From the NCBI GenBank assembly GCA_904063045.1, contig CAJFCJ010000007.1, positions 4,409,404 through 4,473,403 on the forward strand: DNA of 64,000 bases. Reading direction: 5' to 3'. Shown one piece after another: positions 1 to 12,700 of this stretch. The notes below the pieces were generated by a model. The model ran no database searches. It saw only the letters and a program-made list of their open reading frames with translations, and had not been told where the DNA came from. The stretch comes from Dimorphilus gyrociliatus. Its lineage: Eukaryota; Animalia; Annelida. How positions within the stretch are numbered: the stretch's first letter is position 1; each line of letters opens with the position of its first letter. A program made the position numbers and the translations under genes.

Positions 1-47
1 AAAAAAGGCTACAGTTCGAGAGATCAAACGTTTTTTCAGCAGTGTTT

Positions 48-1745
48 TTAATCAGTTTTTAACCGCCTACTGAAATCTTCTTGCTGTTTCTGCATCATTT
101 GTGGTTTTGGTTTCGCTCTTTTTAATCCTCCATCCCTAAAAAAACAAAATTCAAGCAATTTGATTTATGAAAATTCCTTTAAATACCCACCAATTGAGAT
201 CAACTAGACCCCCTCTTTCAGCTATATACGATTTAACTCTATTAGCAAATTGAACTGATGATTCACCTTCCTATTTATAGAGAAGAAATAATAATAAATT
301 ATATTGACAAATGAGAATAATAATATGTAATATTTATCTATATAATATTTATACAAACCCTTTGAGTTTGAGGAGGAAGGTACCAAACATCAACAACTAT
401 AGCCCAGCTTGATAAAATATTGATAAGATGCTTAGCAAAATTTTCTTGACTGCTGTTCCAAAATGGATCCGCAAATCTTGAATCATACTACATAAAAAAA
501 TCACGTTATTAATATAGTTCCAATATAGCTTTACAAGAAACTGTACTTTAATTGCTACAGGATATATAGTACTGCCAACTTCGAAACTTCCTTTCTTAAA
601 CATCATAATAGATGTATTGTTAATGCAGGTCCCTAAGGATAGGATAATTATTATTTAGAAACATGATGAGCAAACAGTTAATTAATAACTAATTACCCTC
701 TGGAAAGATTAATATCGGTAATTTATTAATATCCGATACGTGCTCCTTTAATCTTCTTGCAACAGCTTCTCGATCTTTAACTTCAGATCTTTGGAACCAA
801 ATATGCGATTCAGCTCTTGAAAATCCTTTTTGTATAGCACCAAATAGACCACCTTGTTGTTGTCCAACCTAAAGTATTATTGATAAAAAGATAATCATTA
901 AAAAAATAAAGATATTTTGCAACATAAGTGCTACAGAATGGATGCGATTTCAAAATATTTGTTGTTGTTTTTCTAGGCCTAACATACTTATTAAAATAAA
1001 AATACGAATATAATTTTTGTTTGTAAATCATGTTGAAATCAAAGGAACTACTTGTGTTTTTTTGTTATATATATAATAGGTCTAATAACTAGGCTAATTA
1101 ACCATTAAAATCTAAGTACAAGTACAATAAATATTGATTTGTTTAGTCCATATTTCTAAGAATAAATAATTTAAAAATAGAATAAAACATACTATATTTA
1201 TATAAAATTTATATGAAGATATATAAATATATATATATATATATGTATATTAGTATATATTAAATATAAAATGATGTGCATACCATTGCGTACATATTAT
1301 CACAGCCCAAGATAATAATATCAATTGGTGAGGTGTGATTAGCAACGCATATTCCGCCGCCTTTAGCTTTATTCTCTCTATTATATAACATAAAAGATGT
1401 TAAATATGTGAATAAGTATAAAATAATTATTTAATAAATAAAATAAGGTCAGTAGAAGAGAAAAGGTTTTAAGTAAATAACTTATAAATGAGCAATAAAT
1501 AATCAACTAACTTGTCATGGAAACGAATAACAGCTGAAAAAGCCCGGCTTCCCAATCGCATACAGGTAACATGTAATCTGTAAGTCAGCCATCTCTTAAC
1601 AACACCTGAAATAATAACATTTAGTGATTTACAGTATATGAATTGAAACTGAATGGTTTGAATAATAGAACTAAACAACTAGAATACATAATAAATATTA
1701 TCTTTCAAGAAATATTAATATATTCATACTATATACATATAAATG

Positions 1746-1792
<47 letters not shown>

Positions 1793-3554
1793 ACAGTATA
1801 TAAAGCATAATAATTACTCATTTAATAATAGATATCTTTTTTATCACAGTTGATCAGTCTTAGCATTTAAACTAAGTTCTAATTTCTAGTACTAATTTCA
1901 ACACACAAAATGCATATATAAGCAAATACTATAAAAATCTATATACAGTACATAAATTAATAATTATGTATCAATACATCATTAAACCGCAAGATGGATT
2001 GTTTAATAACCATAAGTATATGATAATTAAGTTACAACTAATTAGAATATTTAAATTATCTTCACAAACCTGCTTTTAAATATCCAAGAATAGTATTCCC
2101 AGTGATTAATGATATTATAGCAAAAGCTATTAAAATTAATCGAAAAGGAAATAGAATAAAATATCTTAAAAAGAAGCCAATAAACCAAAGTGTTGTCAGC
2201 CTATAACTGTATTAAAATGTAAGAGATTATTAAATATGGACACGTATTTCTTTTTTTATATTAAAATATAAAAATATTGATTAAATTATGTGATATAATA
2301 CCTTATAAATTGGTGATAAGTATTGGTTCTTGTCAGTAAATTCCAGGAGGCAAGTTCAGCAGCAGAAAAACGTTGAGTGACTTCATCTTCAATAATTGAC
2401 TATTCAAAATATAATGGAATGTATAAAAAATTGATTAAAAAGAGAAGAACAAAAGAAAAGAAAAAGATTCTACCTCAATGCCACATTTAAAAAAATCCAA
2501 CGCATCGTGTAATTGAAATTCACTAGTTTGGGTTATTGACTCCAAACGTTCCAACTTTTTCCTAACTATTGTTCCTTTTGAATTCAACTCGATTTCTCTT
2601 TCGATTACGTGAACTGTTAAATTTATTTGTTAGTTCTTTATATTCAAATACAACTTAAAAACTGAATGCAGTAATGTTATCATTAGCTTAAGTCTTACCT
2701 CCATTAGCCACAGGTTCTGGTTCAACTTCATTGGATTCTCTTCTCTCCTCTTTTTCCCTAATCTTCTCCCTTCCCCACTAATAAAATAGAAGGAAACATT
2801 CAATAAAATCATTTGCTAAATTTTGTTATCATTTTACACAAATACCTAAAGATATTGGTAATCAACATAAGACATAATTTAATTTGTCATGTTCACGTGG
2901 CTGTCACGTGATATCACTTAACTATTTAATTATGGACTAAGTTAATTTATCAAGAAACTTTAACGAAAAACAAGAAAATACTCAAAAAATAAGTGTTTAA
3001 TTGAGCCTTTCTTGATTTTTTTGCTGTAATGTCCATTAAGTAATTTTATAAGTATTTCTGAAAGAGAATTATCTGGTAAGAAACTAGTATATCGAGATAA
3101 AAGTCAAATGACTGGTATTTTTTACTATACCACTACTATAAATACATCTATATATCTCCATATTAGATTATATTTATATGTATATCTGGCTGTGTGTCTC
3201 CTTATATTTACAATGAATATATACATATATATATAATTACTTAAAAAATTAATTTCAACAGAAACGATTGTTGATATATTAAAAAATTTTATAATAGTTG
3301 AAGGCTAGTCCTAGATATAGGTCAGACACGTGTGAACCACCAATTTGTTAATATAATAGCTTTAAAAGAAAACTTACTTCGAAGACTATTAAAAGGACTT
3401 TAACATAAAGTTGGCGAATACCGACTGAGCAACCACATCCAGCCAAAATTATTACAACGGATAGTAAAATTAGTAGTGGATAAAAAGCGAATTCCAAAAT
3501 TGACCATATCGCTTCGGCTGTCATCTCGAGAAAGATATCCATTAATCTAGCCAT
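48..3554 (-). CDS. GPAT4: Glycerol-3-phosphate acyltransferase 3/4 (AGPAT6/9 family), multi-exon
   Basis: Hand-spliced exons give MARLMDIF...GIRQLYVKVLLIVFE, SIIEDEVTQRFSAAELASWNLLTRTN, GGICVANHTSPIDII (HxxxxD motif), LPILIFPEGTCINNTSIMMFKKGSFE, QFANRVKSYIAERGGLVDLNWDGGLKR, then stop at 48-50. These match recalled GPAT3/GPAT4 motifs; GPAT3 versus GPAT4 cannot be resolved. Confidence 0.93.
2894..2910. promoter_or_regulatory. Carbohydrate response element (ChoRE)-type motif CACGTG-N5-CACGTG in GPAT intron 1
   Basis: Sequence CACGTG gctgt CACGTG: two perfect E-boxes exactly 5 bp apart, the ChREBP/Mondo-Mlx consensus, within a lipogenic gene. Confidence 0.55.
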
Positions 3555-4145
3555 TTCAAAGGTCGATTTTTGGCCTTATCAAATAGGTAAAAGTTCGAAG
3601 AAATATTTGGAATTACAGTTATAACAAAATATATTTATCACAGCTAATCAAGATAGAGATAAGTCGATTTTTAACCTTCATAGCAGATCCACACAAATAA
3701 TGGTTGATAGTATTTCGCGATGTTATGATGAAAATTTGCTATTATTACGTAACACTTGCGTAAAATATATATTTCTTATAAAATTATTAATAGAGAATTA
3801 AAATTACAATTTAGCGAATATCAAAAATTTTATACGAAAATAACGGCAGTATTGTCGAATCGCGCCAAAATACCAATATTCTAAGTTGATAGGCCTATAC
3901 AGTACTGTACTGTTATAGTAATTAGAATTACTTAGAAGGCCACATATATTTTATTATTTAAATTAGTAGAAAATAGATTTAAAATTTTTACGTTTTAATA
4001 ATTTATTAATAATAAAATATGAAACATTTTAAACAAGTTATTTTATAACTTATATCTTCTTGTATATGAAGATTCAACAAAAGAAATTGAAATTAATTAG
4101 TTTTTTTTTGGCTTTCAGAAAAATGGAAAAATACTACGAAAATAT

Positions 4146-5052
4146 TTATGAAGAACACGAATTCGAATCATCGCTAAACCTAGACTTCTTAGTACAATGT
4201 TCTTCAGCAATTTCTTCTCCAAAGTCCCTTTTTCGTCTTTCTCTAATTATTTCCGCCATTCTCATTGTATTACTATTTCTACTTCTATGATTAGCGAACC
4301 ATTTTTTAACTTGTTCTTCGGTACAACTAGCTAATTTTGCTAATTCTTGAACGGTTTCTCGGTTTGGATAAGGAAAATCTGAATGGGAATCGTACCAACT
4401 TTTAAATATTGCAGACCTCCTCCTTTGTGCTGTATTTTCTTGGAACTTTCTATAGCCGTCTAAACTTTGAGCGGTTACTGGATTAGGATGTTCAACAGTT
4501 GTGGTTGGAGTAGATAATTTTGTTTCACCAGTAAAACATAAAGTTTTCGTTAAGCTATCGAACGATATTTGAGGTAGAATTATTTTTCCAGAATTTTCTC
4601 TCAAATGAACAAGAACAGGTAGTAATTTATCAACTAATTGTCTCTTTTGAACGTTAAAGAAACTATCTATAGATTCAAGCATCCAAGTATCATTTACACC
4701 TAAATTCCTTTTAGTTCGACGTCGTTGATCCTCCAAAAGATTAAGACGATAAAGAATAGCGTCACGAAGCGGAAGTACTGTCGATTCCGGATAAATTTTA
4801 AGTAAATTCGATATTTCATCCAAAAGAGGTCGATCCATTTGATCGTTATGAGCCATATTTGCCGAAACGCTGGAGGCATTGTTTTGAATAAAAATTGGCG
4901 TGTTGAAATATGGGAAAAAGTTCGGTTGCATATAAGAATAGTTAGGCAAGTGCGAGATATTTTCTTCCTGAAGTAAAAAAAACCAATAATATAATTAATA
5001 AAACGAACAGTAATGAGATTTAAATCATAGAGATATCAATACTCACCGTCAT
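4146..5052 (-). CDS. Divergent TALE-class homeobox protein, SPILE-like (spiralian TALE expansion)
   Basis: Homeodomain ...IFKSWYDSHSDFPYPNRETVQELAKLASCTEEQVKKWFANHRSRNSNT with the TALE PYP loop and WFAN. Likely micro-exon ATG ACG at 5047-5052, GT..AG intron 4968-5046, and an in-frame second exon 4146-4967. Confidence 0.88.
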
Positions 5053-6766
5053 TATTCTTGATAAATTTCGACTCTGTATATATATACAGTATATATATAT
5101 ATATATATATATATTTAAATCAATGCGGAAGAGTTAGAGGTTGAGTTGAGAAAAAGAGAGAGGAGTATAATATATAGTATATATTCTCCTTTAATTAATC
5201 AAGCAAATTAATCAAGTTGCAACACACAGAGAAAAAGACTTGAAGAGACTTGCGAGAAATAGAGTAGTAGTGAGAAAATTAGAACAAAAGTTGAAGTTAT
5301 TCTTCCGTTATAATCAAAGTATTTATTTCTTTCTTAAACCTTTCTGTACCGTTAAACGAATCGAACTGGTGATTTTTAAGCGGAAATCTCGCTATAAAAA
5401 CGCTCAGTGTCACCTATTGACTCTGTTTCAGCGCTGGAGTTGTCAAACGTACTTTCTAATTTAATGTTTGCGGTGAATTCTACCTTTTGAAATCTACCGA
5501 CCGAACACTATTTTACCTACTAAATAGGCCTAAAAGTCGCTTTAACGTCGTACTCATTATAAAAGAGTAAGAAAACAAAAGAAAAAAATGTGTAACGTAC
5601 ATTTCTCTTTTGTTCTCTCTTTCTAGAAAAGAGTGATGTTTTCTTTTATAATAGAAACAATAGAAAGAGGTTTAGAAGGAGAGATAGAGAGAGAAATAAA
5701 GGAAAAATAAATGAAAAATATGACACATTAATTGGTTAGGATTATATTTTCTTATTCAGTATATGCATTTAATGATTAATTATATAATAGTATTAAGATA
5801 TTCAACGCAACCCGCAGCAATCCTATCCTAACCGTCCAACAAGTCAAGGCAACATGTAGAACTCACTATATTTTCACTTACCGTTAATCGAAAGATTCTT
5901 GACATATTTTACAGTCCTAAACAACCGAAAGAAGATATATAATGTTTTGGAAAAGCGACCTTCTTAAAGCCCTTGTGTAAATAAAATACAGTTATTTGTA
6001 CTATATATAAATATGTTTTATATATTTATATATTCAAATGGAAAAGGTTCTTTAAAAAAGTATAAAGAGAAAAGTCGACATGTTAAAAGGTGTTATATTA
6101 ATTATTCTGTGAATTAATTTTTTATATTTACTACTCAACTTATTAAGGAAACCTTGTTAAATCACATCATCAACTTGTAATCAGTTTGTCAAGGTTGAAA
6201 TGAAGCCATTTGATTTTGATTTAGTCGTAATAAAGTACAAACTTTGCCTCTCTCTCTCTCTCTCTCTCTCTTTTTTGCCCTTTTGTTTTAATTCGTTTAC
6301 ATTTATTTACTTATTTACCAATCCCTTCTTGTTTCTTTTATAGATTTGTTCCTTTGTACAATTAGGCTTAAATTTTTTCGCACATTATGGAATATATCTG
6401 TATATAATTATTTATTTAAGCAAATCCGGCTTTGTTCTTCAACGGAAAAAACATTCTCTTTGTCAATTAATTCATAACCACAAATAGAACAAAACAAAAT
6501 CTCAATTAAGTATTTGGCACATCAATTTTCATGGACGGCTTTAATCTTTTCAAGATATAAATATATATACAGTATAGACTGCATAAATTTATGGATATGT
6601 ATCAATGTATATATTGAAAATGGACGTCATAGGCAGGAAGTAAAATTATATAGAGGTGATTTGCGATTGCTACATATATAGTTGGATTACTGAAAATACA
6701 GTGTTCTTTTTTTTCGAACGAAACAGAATACTTTAATACAAAAAACAAAAAAAATATAATTTAAAA

Positions 6767-9700
6767 TCAATCGTCTAGTTGAGTGAGGAGAGCTACTCCT
6801 CTCAATATCCAGTGTTGTTCCTCCTTTTTCGACGGAAGATTTATGCTCATTACAAAGTTTGTTGAGTGCCCCGTAGACGAGAGAGCACCAGCTCTTGCCG
6901 ACGTCCTATAAAGTGGACAATCATACAGATGCTCTACACTTGGTACTGATTTTCTTTTAGCACTTGCTAGTCTTTTTGGTGGTATTTTTTCAGTTGAATT
7001 TTCAATTTTTTGATGATTTAATTGCTATATGAAAACAGAGTATTAATGACATTAATTAAATAAACCACTAAGTAATGTTTTTAATTTACTTGGGCTGAAA
7101 CTGGTTTAAAGTGGATCTCAGGTAGCCTGGATATTCTTTGGCCTACTACAACCTCGTCTAGACAGTGGTTGTCCAAGTTCCACCTTGCACCGTCTATAAA
7201 TAAACCAAAGACGACAACTCCATCTTCTGGTGGTGCTAAACCTTCAAAAGCATCTTTTATGATATCTGCTTTATGGGTTGAATTCAGTTCATCTTCGTCT
7301 AGAATATTTCTCGAAACTTCAAATTGGAAAGTTAAAGAATCGACTGATTGACCTATTTTTCTGGCTTGATTCTGGAGGACTGCAGTTAAGAATCCTTGGG
7401 GAAAAAAGAATGCTGATAGCCAAAATGATCTCGGTTGGGTATCGAAAACATTCAATTTCTTTAGTTCTACAGGTTCTTGTAATTTACCACCTTTACTGTG
7501 TAGTGATGGAACTTTAAGAACCTTTTCCACTTCGTTAACAACGGTTTCGACCCATTTCTGTATAAAATTTACCCTTTCGCGCAAATCGATGACCCACGAA
7601 GATAATTTCTTACATGACTCGTAAGATATTTGACGCCATTTCGTAGGTACATTTTGATTAAGTAACGCCGAATAGGCGTCCTCAAGAACCTCACTCATTA
7701 CAACTTCTCCTTTTACGGCTTTTTTAAGGGATTTAAGAGATTTATGAATGATTGATAAAAGACGATTAAATCTTTCCATTTCTTGTCGGAGAACAGTGAA
7801 AAGGGCAGAATTTGTTAGCTTTGAAATTTGAGCTATTTGTTGAGGGTACATAGTTTCCAGTGTCGCTATATCTGTAATAAATTAACACTTTCAGCCAGGT
7901 TACATACTTAAATTCTTATTGTAAATAGACATTTCTACGATCAAATCTAAGAATTATTCATATTTTTTTAGTAATTCTAAGAAAAAAATAGACAAGAAAT
8001 AAATAAAAAAAAATAGCTAGGGATCTTTTCTTTCAATAATCAATAAATCAATAATCATCTTTGAACGACAAACCTTCAAAAGTCAAAGCAGCCGGGTCAA
8101 AAGCCCGCCTTATCTTATCTATAATAATAAACAAAACCAAACAAATTCCACACGAATCGTCTAATTTTTGTACCTATAGTTTGATATAGATTGTACGATT
8201 GTTTCCTATGTATTTTAAAGTACAACTTTAAAAGTCGACTTCTGTAGTCTGTGTACTCTATTATAAAATAATTGATGGGTAGATTATAAGGGAAATAGGG
8301 AAGAAGGTAATTTTATAAGAAGTATGACTAATGACCATTAAAAAAATAGGGTAAAAAATAGGAGGTTACAAAAATACCTTTTTTAAATTTACATACCTTT
8401 GTCCCGTTTAGTTTGAACTTCTTTCTTACTTCGGCCTGTTAAGTAGGTTCCATTCGCAATCTATTGTAAATTAGATTAATACTCTATTTGTCTTCTGGAA
8501 AAACAGTATAAACTAACTTGTAAGATTTCTGATAGGGTAAGTAATTTATTGTCGCCGCCGCCTTTTTCGTCAACTTTCGGTGGAAGTTTCTTTAATATAT
8601 CATCCGACATTGCTAAAATGAACTCATCTCCACTAGAGCTTTTTGCAAAACCTCCAACACCTTGTTTAGGTTGCATTAATACTATTGTTTCTAATATATT
8701 TTTTGTTTGAGTTTCCAAATAAGCTACTTGGGCTTCTGTATGCATTCCAACTAAATCGGGACTATCTGAAGCTGGAAGATTCTCTACATAGGCTTTAACA
8801 TCTGCAAATGTAAAATCAGCTGGAGGTGGACGATAAATTCCATCCGATGAAAGTGTATGTCCAGGTTCAAGTACGTTTTCGCTATAAAATTTATCAACGA
8901 GATGGGATAAACACCTACGATCCCAGTCGTCTGTTACCTAAAAAATAAACAAATATTTATAGTTACTCTGTAAATATTGAACAATATTGAAAAGAATATA
9001 TTAAAAAGAATAATTACCCTTCCACCAAAAGTTACTTGACCTGTTAAAAAGCGTAAAGCTTTCCATGGAATTTCATTAATACTGTCAATCAATAACTGAT
9101 GAAGTTGTAATACAGACACTTCTAAATCTGAATCGTTAAATTCATATGGAATATTCCACCCTAGTGTACCGTATTTTCGACGTTCGTGTAAAGCGGCGTT
9201 AAATAAACATAGCGAGAATAGAAGAGTTCTCCAAGATTTTCCATTATCGTCACCTAAAGCCTCTTCGTATTGTTTTTCACTAATTGTTCCCCCTCCAAGT
9301 ACTCTTTGAATATGTGCTCTAACTCCAACAGCAGCTTCAACCGTAATCTATATTGGTTATTTATAAAAATATATGCCTTATCAAAATATAAAGAAGCATA
9401 AAGGATATGCTACAAAAAGAAATGGGATATTTTACTATATACTGTATAGATATATACTGTATATACAAGAAACTTAACTATCCATTTATATTGAAAACCA
9501 GAGGTCATGTATTATAAGACTATAAAATACGAATAAAACAAGTTGCTCTTAAAGTCTGCGGTAGGTCTAAAATAATTTTTAAACTTTTAAAGGAGGACTA
9601 TTTTTTGCTCTATATTTTCGAGCACCGGAAGTCATTCTTGTAATATATATATTGATAAAAAAAACATAAAATTTGGAAGAAGTAAGCCTTCTATTCGATT

Positions 9701-12700
9701 TTGGCATATGTCCGTTTTTTTTTGTTTAAAATAATCCGTATAAAAATATATAAAGTAGAAATTGATAGTTTTGACAATATATATATAACTATTCTTTCCT
9801 TCTCTTTCTTTCTCTCTCTCTCTGTCTTCTTTTTATTCTTTGCTATTTCAACTTTTTTCTTCTTCACTTGCTTCATTAACACAAAATGGACACGGAGTTA
9901 TACCCTTACTTATATGCATGGGACTTCTTAGTACCAAGTCTTGAGCACATTCATTACAGATATAGTGTTTAAGGCATTTGACAACGCGTTCTTTTAAGCT
10001 TTGCATTGTTTCTCCACAAATAGAGCATTCGTTCTCACTGATATTATCCATATTTTGTTACTTTTTGCTTCTTTCGATGATACAAAGAAGAAGAGGGGAT
10101 AAAGTTTGTTTTTATTTTTTAAGACGATTGATGATAGTGATGATGGTGATGATGACGGTAGAGACGGTTATTTCAATAAAAAATTCTTAAAAGATAATTG
10201 TCAGCCTTCAGATAGAAGAATATAGTAGTCAAATTATTGTCGAATGATATTAGAGATCACACTCTCGGGGAATGGGGCGTCCCTAATCCGATTGAAATCA
10301 GCGCGGGGAAAACAAGTAAGCAACTAAAGCTCAAGCAATTACAAGCTACGAACTAATCGATAAACTCCTAATCGCCTATTGATTCATTATCGATCCCACA
10401 GTTACTTTTTTTTCTAGTATAACAATAAAAAACTAATACGTTATCGTCTCTATCAACCGCTGTGATATCGTTGCGTTAGTCAAGAGCGATAAAGCTGATA
10501 AACTTAAATAGAGTAATTGAAAAGACTTCCTTACTTTTAAACCAGTCTGAAGAATTGATATCGGGAAGCTTGGGTCTGGCTTACTACTCAACCACAGTCT
10601 AAAATTAGGATCCATTTCCGCTCCAGATCTATTGAATCTGTAAAAAGATAAATGAAAATAGATATGAATAGTAGTATTCTCTTTTTTTTCATTAATAGAG
10701 AGCTAATCCTTTCTGAAGTTATACTGAATATATATTAGATTATATAATCCCATTAATCCCTTAGATATTGATAAAAAGAGGTCGAAAAGATTCTATGAGT
10801 ACAATTAAATTGCTGATCCCTTATCTAAACTAAAGAGAGATATAAACGTTCACCAAAATTCTTTTTATCCACAATGTAACAAAATTGTTATTGCTATGAA
10901 ATTACTAACCCGTCAACTATAGTTTGTAATTTAGGCATCCAACTTGCGGCTAAATGGCAATTTTGTAAGAATACCCAACGTCCTTTCAGTATTTGAGCTT
11001 TATGCATTAACTCTTCAGCTTTTGGACCCTGTCCTCGACCCAATGATATCATGTCTACGTGTAATGTGGAACCTCTTGTTTCTTTAGCGAATCTTAAAAG
11101 TTGGGTGGCCGGATCAGATCCAGGAGATAGTATAAATATTAAGGGAGTTTTAGCGTCACTTTCCCGGAACATACTATTTAGATCGACAGCTCCAGTGGCT
11201 AAGAATTTATTACCCATTTGTTGGGCCACAAACGTTCTCACTGAAAAGGTGAAGGCCGCTGGGCGTAAAATTCGAATGAGAATTAGTCTTTCAAAACGTG
11301 ATAATTTTTCCCAATGAAATATAACGGTTGTATCGAGTTTCTCGACAGGTAATTTCCTGGTATCGAATGGTTGCGAAAGATATTCGTAGGGTTCGTCAGC
11401 TTGGAAGAAATCATCCCATTGTTCGTAACATGTTAAAAATGATCTTAGAAGGAAGGCGTAAGACTCCAGAGTAGCCTCCAAATACTGGCAGTCTAGCCAT
11501 TTCTCCGAGCTAATACTGTGATGTCTGGCAGGCTGTTTACCAGTATTTGCTACTTCTAATCTTTGCATGGGAGTTAGGCCTACAAGGAGGATAGAAATAG
11601 GGCTTTAATAGGGCGAACAAGTTAATAAAATAATTTTTAATTTTTTCTTACCGTCGTGTGTTGCTTTCGTTTCTTCTGTCATTAATTTAGCCAAGATAGA
11701 AACTCTCATTAATATATTCCAATGTTCATCCGTGATACTTCCCATGTTTAATAATTTTGAATATTTTTGCCTCTCTTCTTTTTCCTCTTGTAATCTCTTT
11801 ATAAATCGATCGTTCGATCTCATAATTGATGCGCAAAGGGTAAAACTAAATGTCAATTGATGCTGAGCGAATAAACCAACGCAAACGATTCTGTAAACAT
11901 TCCATGTGAGCCTTTCGATCATAGAATTCATATGGTTTATTAAATTGACAGGTTGATCTTCCGTGCTCCTTGCTGATAGTGGTCGAACTCTACCAGGCTC
12001 TATTTGAGATCTTTTCTGCTTTGGATCGACGACAATGGGCTTCGTAGTAATAGAAGTTGAAAATATTCTCTGAAACCAATCTAGAGAAAATTGGTACATA
12101 ATATCTACATTACTAAGGGAGGCTAGAACGAAATAGAGAACTGCTCCTCTGGTTGCAACCTGAAAGAAAAGAGTAAGAAATTTTCAATGCAACATAACTA
12201 ATAGAGAAGAAAGAGGACATTTTATTGATTATAAAACTTAATTGGATGAATTTGCTTACTGGAAGATATTCGTGCCTAGCAATATTAAGATTCTTGGCCG
12301 TTTCTTCAGAACGAACAAGTCTTTCGCTTACTTCTTTCGACATGACTTTACTCTTTTGAAGTGTTTCAATCAGATCTTCATCGTCCAAAATATGTCCCTC
12401 TGATTTTTGCAATAAACTTAGGGTTTTATCTTCTAAATTACGTAACGTTTGTAAATCTGAAGCAATACTCTCAAGTAATTGTCTTCTTTCCATTTCTAAA
12501 TTTGGTTTTTCCTGAAATTATATATGTATGTATTGTATATATTAATATATATATATATATATGAATAGTAATGTAGAAGACGCCGTCTGTCGGAAAGCAA
12601 CCTCACCTGTTTGACAACGTTCGACAAAAGCTGCTCTTGCAAACCATCAAAAGTAACGGTAAAGTCGATTATCGTTACGTTATTACTAACTGCTGGTAAG

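Noticed and set aside
810-1031. 73-aa ORF in the GPAT region
   Set aside because: Runs from intron sequence into an exon in the wrong frame; the true GPAT exons were found separately.
3990-4145. CPE-like TTTTAT next to AATAAA in the homeobox 3' UTR, suggesting GLD-2-dependent maternal control
   Set aside because: Such hexamers are expected by chance at this AT content; GLD-2 being in the window is not evidence of a link.
9691-9931. ORFs 9691..9882 (-) and 9701..9931 (+) beside the nested RING ORF
   Set aside because: Built from GA/TC low-complexity sequence in the probable 3' UTR; K/E-rich or F/S-rich composition is an artefact.
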